A stretch of DNA of 64,000 nt, from NCBI RefSeq assembly GCF_964213995.1, contig NC_135803.1, positions 148,242,001 through 148,306,000 of the forward strand, written 5' to 3'. Below are positions 25,372-38,753 of this stretch, in pieces (the stretch's first letter is position 1; every line of letters begins with the position of its first letter). Made by a program: the position numbers and the translations under genes. The notes below the pieces were generated by a model that saw nothing but the letters and a program-made list of their open reading frames with translations, searched no databases and had not been told where the DNA came from. The stretch is from Mustelus asterias (Eukaryota).

Positions 25372-26929
25372 AACAAAGAACAATACAGCACAGGAACAGG
25401 CCCTTCGGCCCTCCAAGCCCGCGCCGCTCCCTGGTCCAAACTAGAACATTCTTTTGTATCCCTCCATTCCCACTCCGTTCATGTGGCTATCTAGATAAGT
25501 CTTAAACATTCCCAGTGTGTCCACCTCCAACACCTTGCCCGGCAGCGCATTCCAGGCCCCCACCACCCTCTGTGTAAAATACGTCCTTCTGATATCGGTG
25601 TTAAACCCCCCCCCCCCCCCCACCTTGAACCTATGACCCCTCATGAACGTCACCACCGACCTGGGAAAAGGCTTCCCACCGTTCACCCTATCTATGCCTT
25701 TCATAATTTTATACACCTCTATTAGGTCACCCCTCATCCTCCGTCTTTCCAGTGAGAACAACCCCAGTTTACCCAATCTCTCCTCATAACTAAGCCCTTC
25801 CATACCAGGCAACATCCTGGTAAACCTCCTCTGCACTCTCTCTAAAGCCTCCACGTCCATCTGGTAGTGTGGCGACCAGAACTGGGCACAGTATTCCAAA
25901 TGCGGCCAAACCAACGTTCTATACAACCGCAACATCAGACCCCAACTTTTATACTCTATGCCCCGTCCTATAAAGGCAAGCATGCCATATGCCGCCTTCA
26001 CTACCTTCTCCACCTGTGCCGTCACCTTCAAGGATCTGTGGACTTGCACACCCAGGTCCCTCTGCGTATCTACACCCTTTATGGTTCTGCCATTTATCGT
26101 ATAGCTCCCCCCTACGTTAGTTCTACCAAAATGCATCACTTTGCATTTATCTGGATTGAACTCCATCTGCCATTTCTTTGCCCAAATTTCCAGCCTATCT
26201 ATATCCTTCTGTAGCCTCTGACAATGTTCCTCACTATCTGCAAATCCAGCCATTTTCGTGTCGTCCGCAAACTTACTGATCACCCCAGTTATACCTTCTT
26301 CCAGATCGTTTATATAAATCACAAACAGCAGAGGTCCCAATACAGAGCCCTGCGGAACACCACTAGTCACAGGCATCCAGCCGGAAAAAGACCCTTCCAC
26401 TACCACCCTCTGTCTTCTGTGACCAAGCCAGTTCTCCACCCATCTAGCCACCTCCCCCTTTATCCCATGAGATCCAACTTTTTGCACCAACCTACCATGA
26501 GGGACTTTGTCAAACGCTTTACTAAAGTCCATATAGACGACATCCACGGCCCTTCCCTCGTCAACCATTCTAGTCACTTCTTCAAAAAACTCCACCAGGT
26601 TAGTGAGGCATGACCTCCCTCTCACAAAACCATGCTGACTATCGTTAATGAGTTTATTCCTTTCTAAATGCGCATACATCCTATCTCTAAGAATCCTCTC
26701 CAACAACTTCCCGACCACGGACGTCAAGCTCACCGGCCTATAATTTCCCGGGTTATCCTTCCTACCCTTCTTAAATAACAGGACCACATTAGCTATCCTC
26801 CAATCCTCTGGAACCTTACCTGTGTCCAGTGACGAGACTAAAGATTTGCGTCAGAGGCCCAGCGATTTCATCTCTCGTCTCCCTGAGCAGCCTGTGATAG
26901 ATTCCATCAGGCCCTGGGGATTTGTCAGT
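25372..26929 (-). mobile_element. Young 5'-truncated CR1 LINE with an uninterrupted 448-aa RT C-terminal ORF (25441-26787)
   Basis: PGNYRPVSLTS...QHGF...RSC...DFSKAFDKVPH...GVPQGSVLGPLLF...FADDTK...FTQRVVGAWNALP, plus a 3' tail. Confidence 0.95.
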
Positions 26930-27779
26930 CCCCCTAGGGATTTGCAAGAATACTTCAAGGGGTCCACCAAAAATAGCCGATTCACCTCATTTCATCTTTT
27001 GTCTCAAACCGCAGCCCTCCTGATCCAAAAGCTTTGTTTATCCTGTCATTCTGAGTTAGCTGTGGCCAATCTAGTTGTTTGGTTCTTTTGGCCCTTTGGA
27101 CAAGCGATGCAAAGCCAACAAGCACAACAAGTACAGGTGGGGCAGAGTCAGGGAACATCATTTTTCTTCAGCCACAGTGATGCAGGGGTGATCTGGTTCA
27201 GAGAAAGAGGCAACAACAATGGGCCAACAGGCAGTACATTGAGGCTGTCACCAGTAGCATCAAAAAGACACTATTTCCTCAATTAATTCAGTAAGAAGCA
27301 GCAGCTAGTGAATAATAAGTGACAATCGAGTCATCAGGGAGATCTTCCTCTTTAGATCCACACACTGGATGTCCACACTAGTGTGATTTAGGACCTGTTT
27401 CAGCTTGTATCATGTGTTAATTTGCCTCTGACTAGAATAGTGGAAAAATAAAATTGCATCTAATTTCCAGTTATCAAACTAAAGGGGGTGGACTTATGAC
27501 TGGGTTTTAAGTCACCTGTGCAATAAATAGATTTAACAACTGCATATATTAAACATATAGATTTGCTCTGCCACACATATAACCCTAAATATTACAAGCA
27601 TCGTGCAATTCTTTCATGCCTGTGAAAGAACTTGTTGAATGCGCCAATGCTGATGCATTAGTTCAAGCTTTAAGTTAATCAGTCCCTAAACAACATTAAA
27701 ATCTTCCAAACTGAATGTTAATTCCATAACCTCCGTGTATCCAACATGATATTATGGAAGACTCTTTTGAGAACACCTT

Positions 27780-28420
27780 CAGCAACAACTTTCATTTATA
27801 TAACATCTTTGATAATAACCCTTCACCAAAGCATTATAAAGCAAAATGTGACACCAAGCCACATAAAGCAATGTTAGGGCAGGTGCCCAAAAGCTTTGTT
27901 GAAGATGAAGGGTTTAAGGAGCCTCTTAAAAGCGGAATGAGAGGCTGAGGGAATTCCAGAGCTTAGGATCTAGGCAGCTGAGACACAGCCACTAATGTTA
28001 GAGCAATAAAATCAGAGATGTTCTAATGACTAGAATTAGACAAGTGCAGATATCTCAGTGGATTGTGGGGATAGTGACGATGACAGAAGAAGGGAGAGGT
28101 GAGACCAAAAAAGGATTTGAAAACAAGGAAGCGAATTTTAAAATCACGGTGTTTCTTCATAGGCACCTACTGCCGGTCAGCAAACACAGTGGCGATGAGT
28201 GAATGGGACTTGGGCTGAGTAAGGACGTGGGCAGCAGAGTTTTGAATGGTGTCAAGTTTACAGAGGGTAGAATGTGGGTAGCCAAGTAGAAGTGCATTGG
28301 AATACTCAAGTCTAGGGGTAGCCAAGGCACGGATGAGTGCTTCAGCAGAAGATGAGCAGTGGCAATGGCAGAGTCGGGTGATGTTACAGAGGTAGAAATA
28401 GGTAGTCTTACTGCCCAGAA
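27780..28420 (-). mobile_element. L2-clade LINE 3' fragment, degenerate
   Basis: AEALIRALATPRLEYSNALLLG...LDTIQNSAAHVLT is the typical L2 ORF2 C-terminal motif. Confidence 0.8.
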
Positions 28421-29234
28421 GTTCATCATTCACTTCATATCTCGTTTCCAAACTTGCTCAATGCAGCACTCGCTCATTACAGCCCTGTGCAATTTACAAT
28501 CAATCCTCTGGTCAAACTAAGTAAATTAATACATATGTTTAATTGTGTGACTAATTTTTATACAGAAGAAATACTTGTGTTGCCGGGGGTCTGTCGAATT
28601 TTTATAACATTGGGGGCAGGTGTTCCTCAGAAGCAAAAAAATGTTAAGAACCCCTGATGTATTTGCTAGCAATAAATAAGGAACCACTGACTTCATCATC
28701 AGGAGCTCTTTTCTTCTATTTTTAAATTTGCCCTTTCAGTCACCTCATTCTCGTCAAGTCTGTTTTGTTTTTTCTTTTCATGACAGAAAAGCAGAGTTGG
28801 TATCAGTAGGAGTGAGACCAAAAAAAACACCTTTGATTCTTCCAGGAGTTTTTAGAAAGCTGTGTGGGTCTGTTGTAAATTTTGTAATTTAATTCATTGT
28901 TTTAAACTTTCCACAAATAAATTGAAAGAAAACAGCAGCTGTTAGGTGAACTTTGTACACCGTACTCTGTAGCATGTTTGCAGAATAGAAACTTGCAGAG
29001 GAAGAACTTTATTTGTTTGTTTTTTTTCACACACAAAGGCAACTTCCTTTTTTCATGTTGCTTTTTACTCATTCGCACAAGGCCAACATTTATTGCCCAG
29101 CCCTAATTGCCCTTCAGAAAGTGGTGATGAGCCACTTAAGCAACTTTCAGTCTATACAATTATGGTTAAAGTTCCAGGATTTTGATCTAGAGGTGATGAG
29201 AAACAGCCTTACACTAGAGAATTTCTATAAGCCA

Positions 29235-31250
29235 TAGAATGTCCTTTAGGGAAGGGAATCTGCTTTCCTTATCTGTATACAGCAATGGGGTTGACTTAAA
29301 AATGCCCTCTGAAATGGCTTAGCAAACCACTCAGTTGTATCAAATTTCCACAAAGTCAATAAAAAGGCATGAAACAAGACGGACCATCTAGCTTCAACCT
29401 GTGCAAAACCCAACCCTATCAAGTTCTCCTTACTAACATCTGGGGGCTCGTGCCTAGATTGGGAGGACTATCTCACAGAGGAGTCAAGCCACAGCCTGAC
29501 ATAGTCATATTCACAGATTCATACATTACCAGCCCAGCCACCACCATCACCATTCCTGGGTATGACCTGATCTACCAGCAGGACAGTCGCAGTAGAGTGG
29601 TGGCTCAGTGGTATACAGATGGGAGGGAGCCCTGGAAGTCCTCAACATCAGTTCAGGATCCCATGAAGTCTTATGGTGTCAGGTCAGACATGGGCAAGGA
29701 AATCTCCTGATTACCACAGCCACCCCCCACTCTCCCCTCAGCTAATGAATCAGTACTCCTCCATGTTGAATACCACCTGGAGGAAGCACTGAGGGTGGCA
29801 AGGTTACAAAATACACTCCGGTTGGGAGGCTTCAATGTCCATCACCAAGAGAGGCTCGGTAGCACCATCACAGACCAAGCTGGCCAAGTCCTAAAGGACA
29901 TAGCTGCTAGACTGGGTCTGCGGCAGGTGGTGAGGGAACCAACATGACAAGTCCCCTCATCACATTGAGAATATCCTCCATCCTGTTGTGTGGCACTACC
30001 ACCTTGCTAAATGAGACAGACTGCGAACAGATCTAATAACTCAAGACTGGGCATCCATGAGGCGCTGTGGCCATCAGTAGCAGCAGAATTGTATTCAACT
30101 GCAATCTGTAACCTCATGGCCCAGCATAATCCCCACTCTACCATTATCACCAAGCCAGGGGATCAATCCTGGTTCAATGAAGAGTGCAGGAGGGCATGCC
30201 AAGAGCAACACCAGACATACCTAAAAATTAGATGCCAACCTGGTGAAGCAGGACTACTTGCATGCCAAGCAGCTTAAGTAGCAAGTAATAGTGAGAGCTT
30301 AGTGATTTTACAATTAGCAGATCAGATCTAAGCTGTGCAGGAGTTCCTCAGAGTAGTGTCCTAAACCCAACCATCTTCAGCTCCCCTCCATCATAAGGTC
30401 AGAAGTGGGGATGTTTGCCAATGACTGACAAGTTCAGCACCATTTGCAACTCCTCCAATAATGAAGCAGTCTATGTTCAAAGACAGCAAGACCTGGACAA
30501 TATCCAGGCTTAGGCTGACAAGTGGCAAGTAACATTCATGCCACGCAAGTGCCAGGCAATGATCATCTCCAACAAGAGCAAATTTAACCTCCAAATGTTG
30601 ACCCTTGATATTCAATGGCATTACCATCACTGAATCCCCCATGATCAAGATCCTGGGACTTACCATTGAACCTAAACTGGACCAACCATATAAATACTGT
30701 GCCTGAAAGAGCAGGGCAGAATCGGGGAATTCTGTGGCAAGTAACTCGCCATCTGGCTCCCCAAAGCCTGTCCATCATCTAAAAGACACAAGTCAGGAGT
30801 GTGATGGAATACTCACCACTTGCAAGCTCTCACAATAGTCAAGAAGATGAATGCCATCCAGGACAAAGCGGACTGTTTGATTGGCACCCCTTCAATAAAT
30901 ATTCATTCCCTCCACAGTTTGTACCATCAACAAGATGCACTGCAGGAACTCATCAAAGCCCCTAAGGTAGCACCTTCCAAACCCACAACCACCACTATCT
31001 AGAAAAGCAAGAGCAGCATTCACATGGGAAAACCATCACAAGCCACTTCCAACCCTGGCTTGGAAATATATCGCTGTTCCTTCACTGTCACTAGGTCAAA
31101 ATCCTGGAATTCCCTCGTGAACAGCAGTGTGGGTGTACCTACACCACAGGGTCTGCAGTGGTTCAAGAAGGCAGCTCACCACCACCTTCTCAAGGGCAAC
31201 TAGGGATGGGCAATAAATACTGGCCTAGCCAGCGACACCCACATCCTGTA
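29235..31250 (+). mobile_element. Degenerate, internally deleted LINE (CR1-group, family distinct from HER1), partner of SINE family C
   Basis: Endonuclease start LTNIWGLVPRLGGLSH...QPDIVIFTDSY, then KPGDQSWFNEECRRACQEQH, RT/C-terminal remnants, and 3' end ctcaagggcaactagggatgggcaataaatactggcc. Confidence 0.8.
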
Positions 31251-31494
31251 AACAATTTTTTGTTTAAATTCTATCCTGCCTGTAAGGTATTCACTCATGC
31301 TGCTTATCCTTTTAAATCCTTTTAAATTGTACGTTGTTTGCTCATTATCCAAATATTGGCAAGCTATTTGACCATAGGCAGTCAGCACACCCAAGTCTGA
31401 TCATGTTCTCATTTGATGGTTCAACATATACATTGGAATCCTGGAGTACTTTTAAAGTGTAGCGCATGGCAAACTCCCACAGAAACGTGTGGTA

Positions 31495-31760
31495 TTGATT
31501 GAGGGGTAAGTATCGGCCAGAACACCAGTGATAAGGCTCCTGCTTGTCTCTGAAATATTACCATGGAATCTTTCACGTCCACCTGAGCAAGCAGATGGGG
31601 CCTATGTTTAACATCTCACTGAAAGACGGAACTGCTGACAGTGCAGCAATCCCTGGCGCTCCACTGTGTCCACCTTGATTTTCATACTCAGGCCCTAAAG
31701 TTGGACTTGAAACCAGAACCTCGTGACTGAGGCAGAAGTGCTACCAACTGAGCTCCGGCT
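31495..31760 (-). mobile_element. Deu-domain SINE, old copy
   Basis: Reverse complement has a tRNA head gctcagttggtagcac followed by gtctttcagtgagatgttaaac...ggtggacgtgaaagattccatgg. Confidence 0.7.
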
Positions 31761-34326
31761 GATACTTAAATCTTGACTGGTTTCATTTATCCACAATTTC
31801 TCCTCTTCTCTCCTGGCATTTTCAGCTTTAATGCTATCCTACAATTTGTCGCAGCCACTCACATAGATTTTAAAGAATTAACAAAAAGGAGCAATTCAGT
31901 GCTTGATCTGAAATATGAACTAACGACAATTACACATTGCCATTGTTATAAAAGAGAACGTGTCTATTTCATACATTTGTGCATATAGAATAACAAATTG
32001 GTCACAAAATAGTAGATTCAACGGGCAAGATAGGTTGCAGGACAGGTGTATTGAAGGCAAGATTCAGTATATTTGCTTTTTGATTATTGTGGAGACTGGA
32101 GCATGCCCATTCTTTACAGCGTGCAATCGAGGATATGTCGGAGAGGTTTAATTTTTGGAGGTTAAGGTTTGTGCAAAGATGAACTTACAACTTCAGTAAA
32201 ATAGGCAGTGTCAGATTGGCTGCTTGCCAACACCTCCCTTAGGCCTAAAGTCAAAATTATCCACACTAAATTTAATTCTCACTCTCGCCGCTTCCTTACT
32301 ATTGTGTACATGATGTTTATGTAAAGAAATACATCAAATCCTATCAACAAAGGCAGAAGGCAGCAATGAGACAAGACAGAGGCATTGCAGGCAGCCATTC
32401 TTCGAAGTTTGTAAGGGTCAGTGGCAGTTAATTTACTGAAGAACCATTTTTAGACCACACAAGAAATAAACACTGACATTCTTCTGCTATTTTAACAAAG
32501 GTATTAACCAGTTAAAAATAAATGGGATAACCTCTGTTTTAAAACAGAAAAACCTGTTTTTCTCCATGATCAAAACTGTAGTGTTACCATAATAAACAGC
32601 ATATTATTTTGTTAATACATTAGAACAAGATTCCCTGTTAACACACTACAACCAAGGGGTTAGTGAGGGTTATTTTCTGATCAAATGGCGCGCATCTTTT
32701 TAAAAAAAAAGAGCGCACTGAAAAATCTAGTCTGGTAATGTTGGAAAATTCACCAAACTAAAGTGTCACAAATATGCAAATTTTCTGTTGGGACACAATT
32801 GCAAACTCTTCCGATGCGCTTAATAGAAAACCTGCTGTAAGAAGTCAGAGAACACAAAGATTGTTACCTCAAAACTACTACTGGTGTTTGAGTACTTACA
32901 AATAAATACATAAGTATTTGTAAGCCATGTAAGATGGATTCAGTCCTGAAATCAGCACTGGCTGTCCATCCAGTTGGTCTTAGTTGATCAATAATGTCAT
33001 AACGATTAAGGATCGTGATTAGGTTCATCTGAAATTAATTGCAGTTCACTAGCAGGAAGTTTAGTGGTGTTTAATGTGCACGCAAATTGAAAACAGATAT
33101 AAAAAGCTAAATTTCAAGTTCGTGAAAATAATTTCAAAAGTGAATTTTAAAGCTTAAATATTCTCTAATCACTGCTTATTTCTGGAGTTTCATTTTATTC
33201 ATCATAAATAGCAATAAACTTAGAACATTTCTTCCAGTCTATCACTTACTGTGGTTAGCAGGAGGTAAAATTTTAAATCCAATGTAAAGTGTGACGAGAG
33301 AGGAAAAAAATCATCTACAATGCAGGAAAAGATTCCACTAGAAGTGTATTTGGATATTTGATTTGATTTATTATTGTCACATGTATTAGCATACAGTGAA
33401 AAGTATTGTTTCTTGTGCGCTATACAGACAATATCGTACATAGAGAAGGAAATTGAACCCACGTCCCTGGTGCTGTGAGACAGCAATACTAACCACTGTG
33501 CCACCATGCTGCCCGAATTCCCGATAACCTTTCAGTTATTTTTCCCTTTTCAAATACACATCAAGTTCCTTTTAGAAAGTTAGTATTGAATCTGTTGCCA
33601 CCACCTCTTCAAGAAGCATTCCAGATCATAACTTGCTGCATAAAGAAAATACTCCTCATCTCTTCTGTGCTTTTATTTTTGGTAACTAATTTAAATCCAT
33701 TAGTGTAAATTGTTCCTTCTCCTTTACCCCATCAAAATCCTTCATAATTTCAAACACATCTATTAAATCTCCACTAATCTTTCTCTGATTGAAATAGAAA
33801 ATCCCAGCTTTTAAAATCATTCCACATAACTGAATCTCTCATCCCCGGTGAATCTGTTCTGCATCCGCTCCTTCCAAAGCTGTGGTGCCCAGAATTGACT
33901 CAGTACTCCAATACTCGAGCTGAGGCGAAACCAAAGGTTCCGCGTAATTGAAGTTGCTTTTGTACTCTGTGCCCCTATTTATAAAATTAGGGATCATGTG
34001 TGGTTCTTTAATAGCCTTTTTAACCACCATCAAAAATTTGTAGTATGTAAATCCCCAAAGGTCCCTTTAATGCTGTCAGCTGATTTTCTTACAGCAGCCT
34101 CTGTGTATTTTTGCAAACAGAAGTTAACAGCATTTTAATTTGAAGAAAATGCACATGCCCTTAAGTTTCTGTAGTAAAATTCCAATTGTATTACAATTTT
34201 CCCGGGCTTGCTGTGCCTCTTGTTGAACTGTGTCCTCGGGTTGAGTTATGTTAGTGTTATGCGACAGGTGAGGAAGGTGCCTATTGCGGTATGATTATGT
34301 GGTAATTTCATGTTTTGCCATTCCAG

Positions 34327-34452
34327 GTAAAGACTGAGATCAGTGTCCAAAGTAAGCACCAGACAATGCAAGGTATTGCGTTTCCAATTCAGGAAAGTGC
34401 CATTGCGGCCCTTCTCTTACTTAAAGAGAAGAAGATAAATTACATCCAGCTG
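34327..34452 (+). CDS. TWF2: Twinfilin coding exon (linker and start of ADF-H2)
   Basis: ccattccag|GTA...CTG|gtatgt, 126 nt. VKTEISVQSKHQTMQGIAFPIQESAIAALLLLKEKKINYIQL; VKTEISV is TWF2-type. Confidence 0.95.
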
Positions 34453-35003
34453 GTATGTAATTCCATTTTCATTCAATGTAAACTGAATTAATTTCAGCAT
34501 TGTAAGGCTGCGTGTAACAAAATATATGGGTTCTGCATGTATCCCAGCGAACGCTACAAGATTAATATATAATGTGATGCTTCCCTTGGGACAATTTAAT
34601 TATACTTTAACACAACTGATGTTATCTATTAACTGGGAGCAGAGTAATAAAAGACATTTAGATTCAGGTAACCTGCTCGAGTGAAAGGAAAAGGGTTATA
34701 GTTACCATTGAAATTAAAAGAAAAGTCTCATGCTGTTGTTCTAATTGGGTCCCCTTAATTTTATAGTTATAATAACCTGTTGAAATACTATTCATGTTCA
34801 CACTGGTGCAGTCTAGGCTATACGGATAGTAGTTTCTTGTCTATGACATGTCTTTATTTGGACATCCTGCAAATATCTAATGCTAATATTCCAACAGTTG
34901 TTTTATCCAGGGACTTCATATATTTAGTTGAACAAGCAGTCACATTGCATGAGTGTAATTTCACACATCTTGCATGTAACCATATATATGTAAAGTATAA
35001 GTA

Positions 35004-35270
35004 TTAGGACGGAGGTGAGGAGACATTTCTTCACCCAAAGAGTGGTGAGCCTGTGAAATTCATTACCACAGGAAGTAGTTGATGCCAAAACATTGAATGT
35101 ATTCAAGAGGCGGCTGGATATAGCACTTGGGGCAAATGGGATCAAAGGTTATGGGGGAAAAAGCAGGATTAGGCTATTGAGCTGGATGATCAGCCATGAT
35201 CATAATGAATGGCGGAGCAGCCTCGAAGGGCCAAATGGCCTCCGCTTGCTCCTATCTTCTATGTTTCTAT
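35004..35270 (+). mobile_element. CR1 3' end
   Basis: ttcttcacccaaagagtggtgagcctgtg...gggccaaatggcct...ttctatgtttctat. Confidence 0.85.
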
Positions 35271-35294
35271 AATGAACAGACTTTTTCTAACTGA

Positions 35295-35655
35295 AGGGAA
35301 GGTGATGGCCTAGTGGTATTATCACTAGACTATTAATCCAGAAACTCAGCTAATGTTCTAGAGTCCCAGGTTTGAATCCCGCCACAGCAGGTAGTTTTTA
35401 TTGAATTCAAATTCCACTATCTGGAATTCAGAATCTACTGATGACCATGAAACCATTGTCGATTGTCAGAAAAACCCATCTGGTACACTAATGCCTTTTA
35501 GGGAAGGAAATCTGCCTTCCTTACCTGATCTGGCCTACATGTGACTCCAGAGCCACAACAATGTGGTTGACTCTCTACTGCCCTCCAAGGGTAACTAGGG
35601 ATGGGCAATAAATGCTGGCCAGCCAACAACGCCCATGTCCCATAAATGAATTTTT
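35295..35655 (+). mobile_element. tRNA-derived SINE family C
   Basis: tggcctagtggta...ggtttgaatcccgcca head, body ccatctggtacactaatgccttttagggaaggaaatctgcc, tail agggatgggcaataaatgctggcc. Confidence 0.85.
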
Positions 35656-35789
35656 TAAAAAGATTTTTGCTTTGATGGCCATATATCTCAAAAATAGAGG
35701 ATTTATCACGTTCTCACTTACAGCAATACGTTTGTTAACATACTGCTTCCTGGTGTTTTCTTATGATATATACAGACATAACTTGTAAT

Positions 35790-36700
35790 AAATACAAAAA
35801 ATGCTAGAAGTACTCAGCACGTGAGGCAGCGTCTGTGGAGAGAGAAACGGAGAGTTAATGTTTCAGGTCAATGATCTTTCATCAGAACTGGAAAAAAATT
35901 AATGATGTAGCATGTTTTAATCAAATGTAGAGGCAGGGAAAAACAGGGATGGGAGGAAAGAAGAAAAGGAAGTAATGAGTTGGATAAAGGGAGGTTAAAT
36001 AACAAAAAGGATGACGGTGCAAGGTAGAAGAAGATGGTAGTGAGAGAAGAAAAGGAACAAACAATGCATTAGAGGAGCTGAAATGACAAAAGCAGAAACA
36101 TTGCCAGTAACTGCTATCTGAAAACCTGGTTATGATCTGAAATTGTTGAACTCAGCATTGAGTCTGTAAGGCTGTAAATCATTTCATCAAAAGATGAGAC
36201 GCTGTTCTTCCAACTGACTTGGAGTTTGATTAGAACAGTGTTGGAGGCCAAGATCAAAGTGGAGATTAAAAATGGCTGGAAGCTCAGAGTCACTCTCGGG
36301 GATTGAACAGAGATGTTCTGCAAAGTAATCACCCGGTCTGCATTTGATCTCCCCAGCGTAGAGGAGACCACATCGTGATGTACTATAAAGTACAGAAGTA
36401 CAGCTGTAAATCGCTATTTCACCTGGAAAAAGTGTTTGGACCCCTAGACAGTGGGAGGGGAGGAGGTAAATGGGTAGCTGTCGCATCTCCTGTACTTGCA
36501 TGGGAAGGTTCCACGGAATGGGAAGTGAGTGTTTAGATGTCAGTCGAGGAAAAGGGAAGACATTGCAGGGGCACTGGTATGAAGGGTGGTATAGTTGGAA
36601 TAGATGCAACAGAGACAGAGGAACCTGGAGGATGGAATAAAGTCCTTACAGGAAACATTTGGGAGGAAATGTAATGAGGGTAGCTATGGAATCAGTGGAC
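35790..36700 (-). mobile_element. Penelope-like element 3' fragment (GIY-YIG remnant, 3' UTR and hammerhead)
   Basis: Minus-strand SVLYSTSRCGLLYAGEIKCRPGDYFAEHL (GIY-YIG-like) and KLEEQRLIF-like motif; CTGATGA...GAAACATT at 35853-35889. Confidence 0.75.
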
Positions 36701-36997
36701 TTGTTACTTCTTTCAATGCAGTATTCTGTATTCACTGCTCACACTGCCCTGCCACATCTTTCCATTAAATGTCAATGAGAAAAGGGCTGGGGTAGCAGGA
36801 CAAATTCGATAGGCTGAGTGACCTCCTGTGCTGTGTCGTTCTTTGCTACGGTGCTCAAGTGCTTAGGATATGTTGAGAAAACGGGCTTATTTTGTGTGCT
36901 CTTCACAGAACCTTTTACAAGATATTCTGTTATAAAGAATATGTTTAGCTGGGCCAATTGCTGACTTTTTTACATTTCTATCTCCTCCACTCCTCAG

Positions 36998-37148
36998 AAA
37001 TTGGATATAGAGAAGGAAACTATCAACTTGGTTCATACAGATGTCACTGACATCCTTGATTTGCCAAAGAGAATCCCAAGTAACGCTGCTCGCTATCATT
37101 TCTTCCTCTATAAGCACTCACATGAGGGGGACTACTTAGAATCTGTTG
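36998..37148 (+). CDS. TWF2: Twinfilin coding exon (ADF-H2)
   Basis: ccactcctcag|AAA...GTTG|gtaag, 151 nt, phase 0/1. [50 protein letters not shown]. Confidence 0.95.
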
Positions 37149-37279
37149 GTAAGCTGAAAAATGTATAACTGAAACATTCTGGGTTTTTCTGGTTTTTATT
37201 TACTTGCTCCCCTTCCCTCCTCTCATAGTAGTCTCTACTCTCTCACCCAAAGTGCCTGCCCGTGCTTCATAAACAAACT

Positions 37280-37593
37280 GGGCGGCACGGTGGCACAGTG
37301 GTTAGCACTGCTGCCTCACAGCTCCAGGGACCTGGGTTCAATTCCAGGCTTGTGTCACTGTGCGGAGTCTGAACATTCTCCCCATGTCTGCATGGGTTTC
37401 CGCCAGGTGCTCCAGTTGCATCCCACAGATGTGCGGGTTAGGTTGATTGCCCCTTAGTGTCTCTGGATGTGTAGGTTAGAGGGATTAGTGGGGTAAATGT
37501 GTGAGGTTGTTGGGATAGGGCCTGGGCTGGGATTGTTGTCGGTGCAGACTTGATGGGCCGAATGGCCTCCTTCTGCACTGTACGGATTCTATG
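37280..37593 (+). mobile_element. V-SINE family A
   Basis: Head, partly deleted V-domain, tail. Confidence 0.85.
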
Positions 37594-38631
37594 AGTCAGT
37601 GTTAGCAAATGATTCAACCTTGGGATAGGGGCATCACTACCCAGCCTATCTGCACCTTGCAATTGCTGTTTAGCAGGTACTCCAGTGGTTAACATACCTG
37701 ATTTTCCTCTCTTGCCAGTGGGTACTGAGGTCATTCCAACCCTTACCCAGATGAGATCAGCAATCTCAGCACAGATTCCCCTGGTCCAGATGGTTCAGAA
37801 GGACACCAGGAAGTGAAGTCAACCTGTTGAACCATTCGGGAACCTTGCTGGTGTTTTTAAAATGTTAATTACAATTTACCTGTTTCCCTCGCCCTCCCAG
37901 TTTACGCTGTACTCCTTCATATGCATTAGCATTATCCAGCAACTATTAAATACCAATCTTAACTCAGTGACAGAGCCTACATTTCATACAGTTTACAGTC
38001 CATAAAATTAATGCATTTGTGTATCTATGCACGTGAATATTAAGTGAATTGTAATGAATCACTATAATCAGAAGGTTTAAATGATCACTGTCGCTGGGTC
38101 AAAATCCTTGAACTCCATCCCAACAGCAGTGTGGGTATACCTACACCACGTGGACAGCAGGAGTTGAAGAAGGCATCTCACCACCACCTCCTCAAGGGCA
38201 ATTAGGGATGGGCAATAAATGCTGGCCTAACCAGCGACATCCCATGAATGATTTTTTTTAAAAACCCATAAATTGCCAGATCTGCTCCTTGAAGTGAGCT
38301 GAAATATTGAATGAAATTGCAGTCTGTTAATGCCAGTCAGATGCAATTGTGCATCTATATGTTATATTCTTTCTTTGGAACGTATAGCTTTCTTTCATTG
38401 TTCACCTTCCCCGTCCATGTTACCCCTGCGCGTCCACTGTTAGAAATAGCTTCAACTGTGCCTTGTCCTAACATCTCTCACAAAAGCAAAAATACAGGAT
38501 CATACAAAATTGTGTGTGTTCAGTGAGGGAGCTATAGTGGGTAGAAATGGGACACAACTCCAGGCTCGCACACATCTACAACTCACCTGTTATTTCTAAA
38601 TGTGTTGAATTTATTATTTTTCTTCCCACAG

Positions 38632-38753
38632 TATTTATCTACTCCATGCCAGGGTACAAATGTGGTATTAAAGATCGCATGCTGTACTCCAGCTGTAAGG
38701 GACCGTTACTAGACGTGGCAGAACAACAGCTACAACTGAAAGTCGTCAAAAAG
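38632..38753 (+). CDS. TWF2: Twinfilin coding exon (ADF-H2)
   Basis: ttcccacag|TATTT...AAG|gtatcc, 122 nt, phase 1/0. (V)[40 protein letters not shown]. Confidence 0.95.

Noticed and set aside
34321-34332. cag|GTAAAG as a recursive splice site
   Set aside because: Explained by the conserved Val-Lys codons at the exon start, with no independent evidence.
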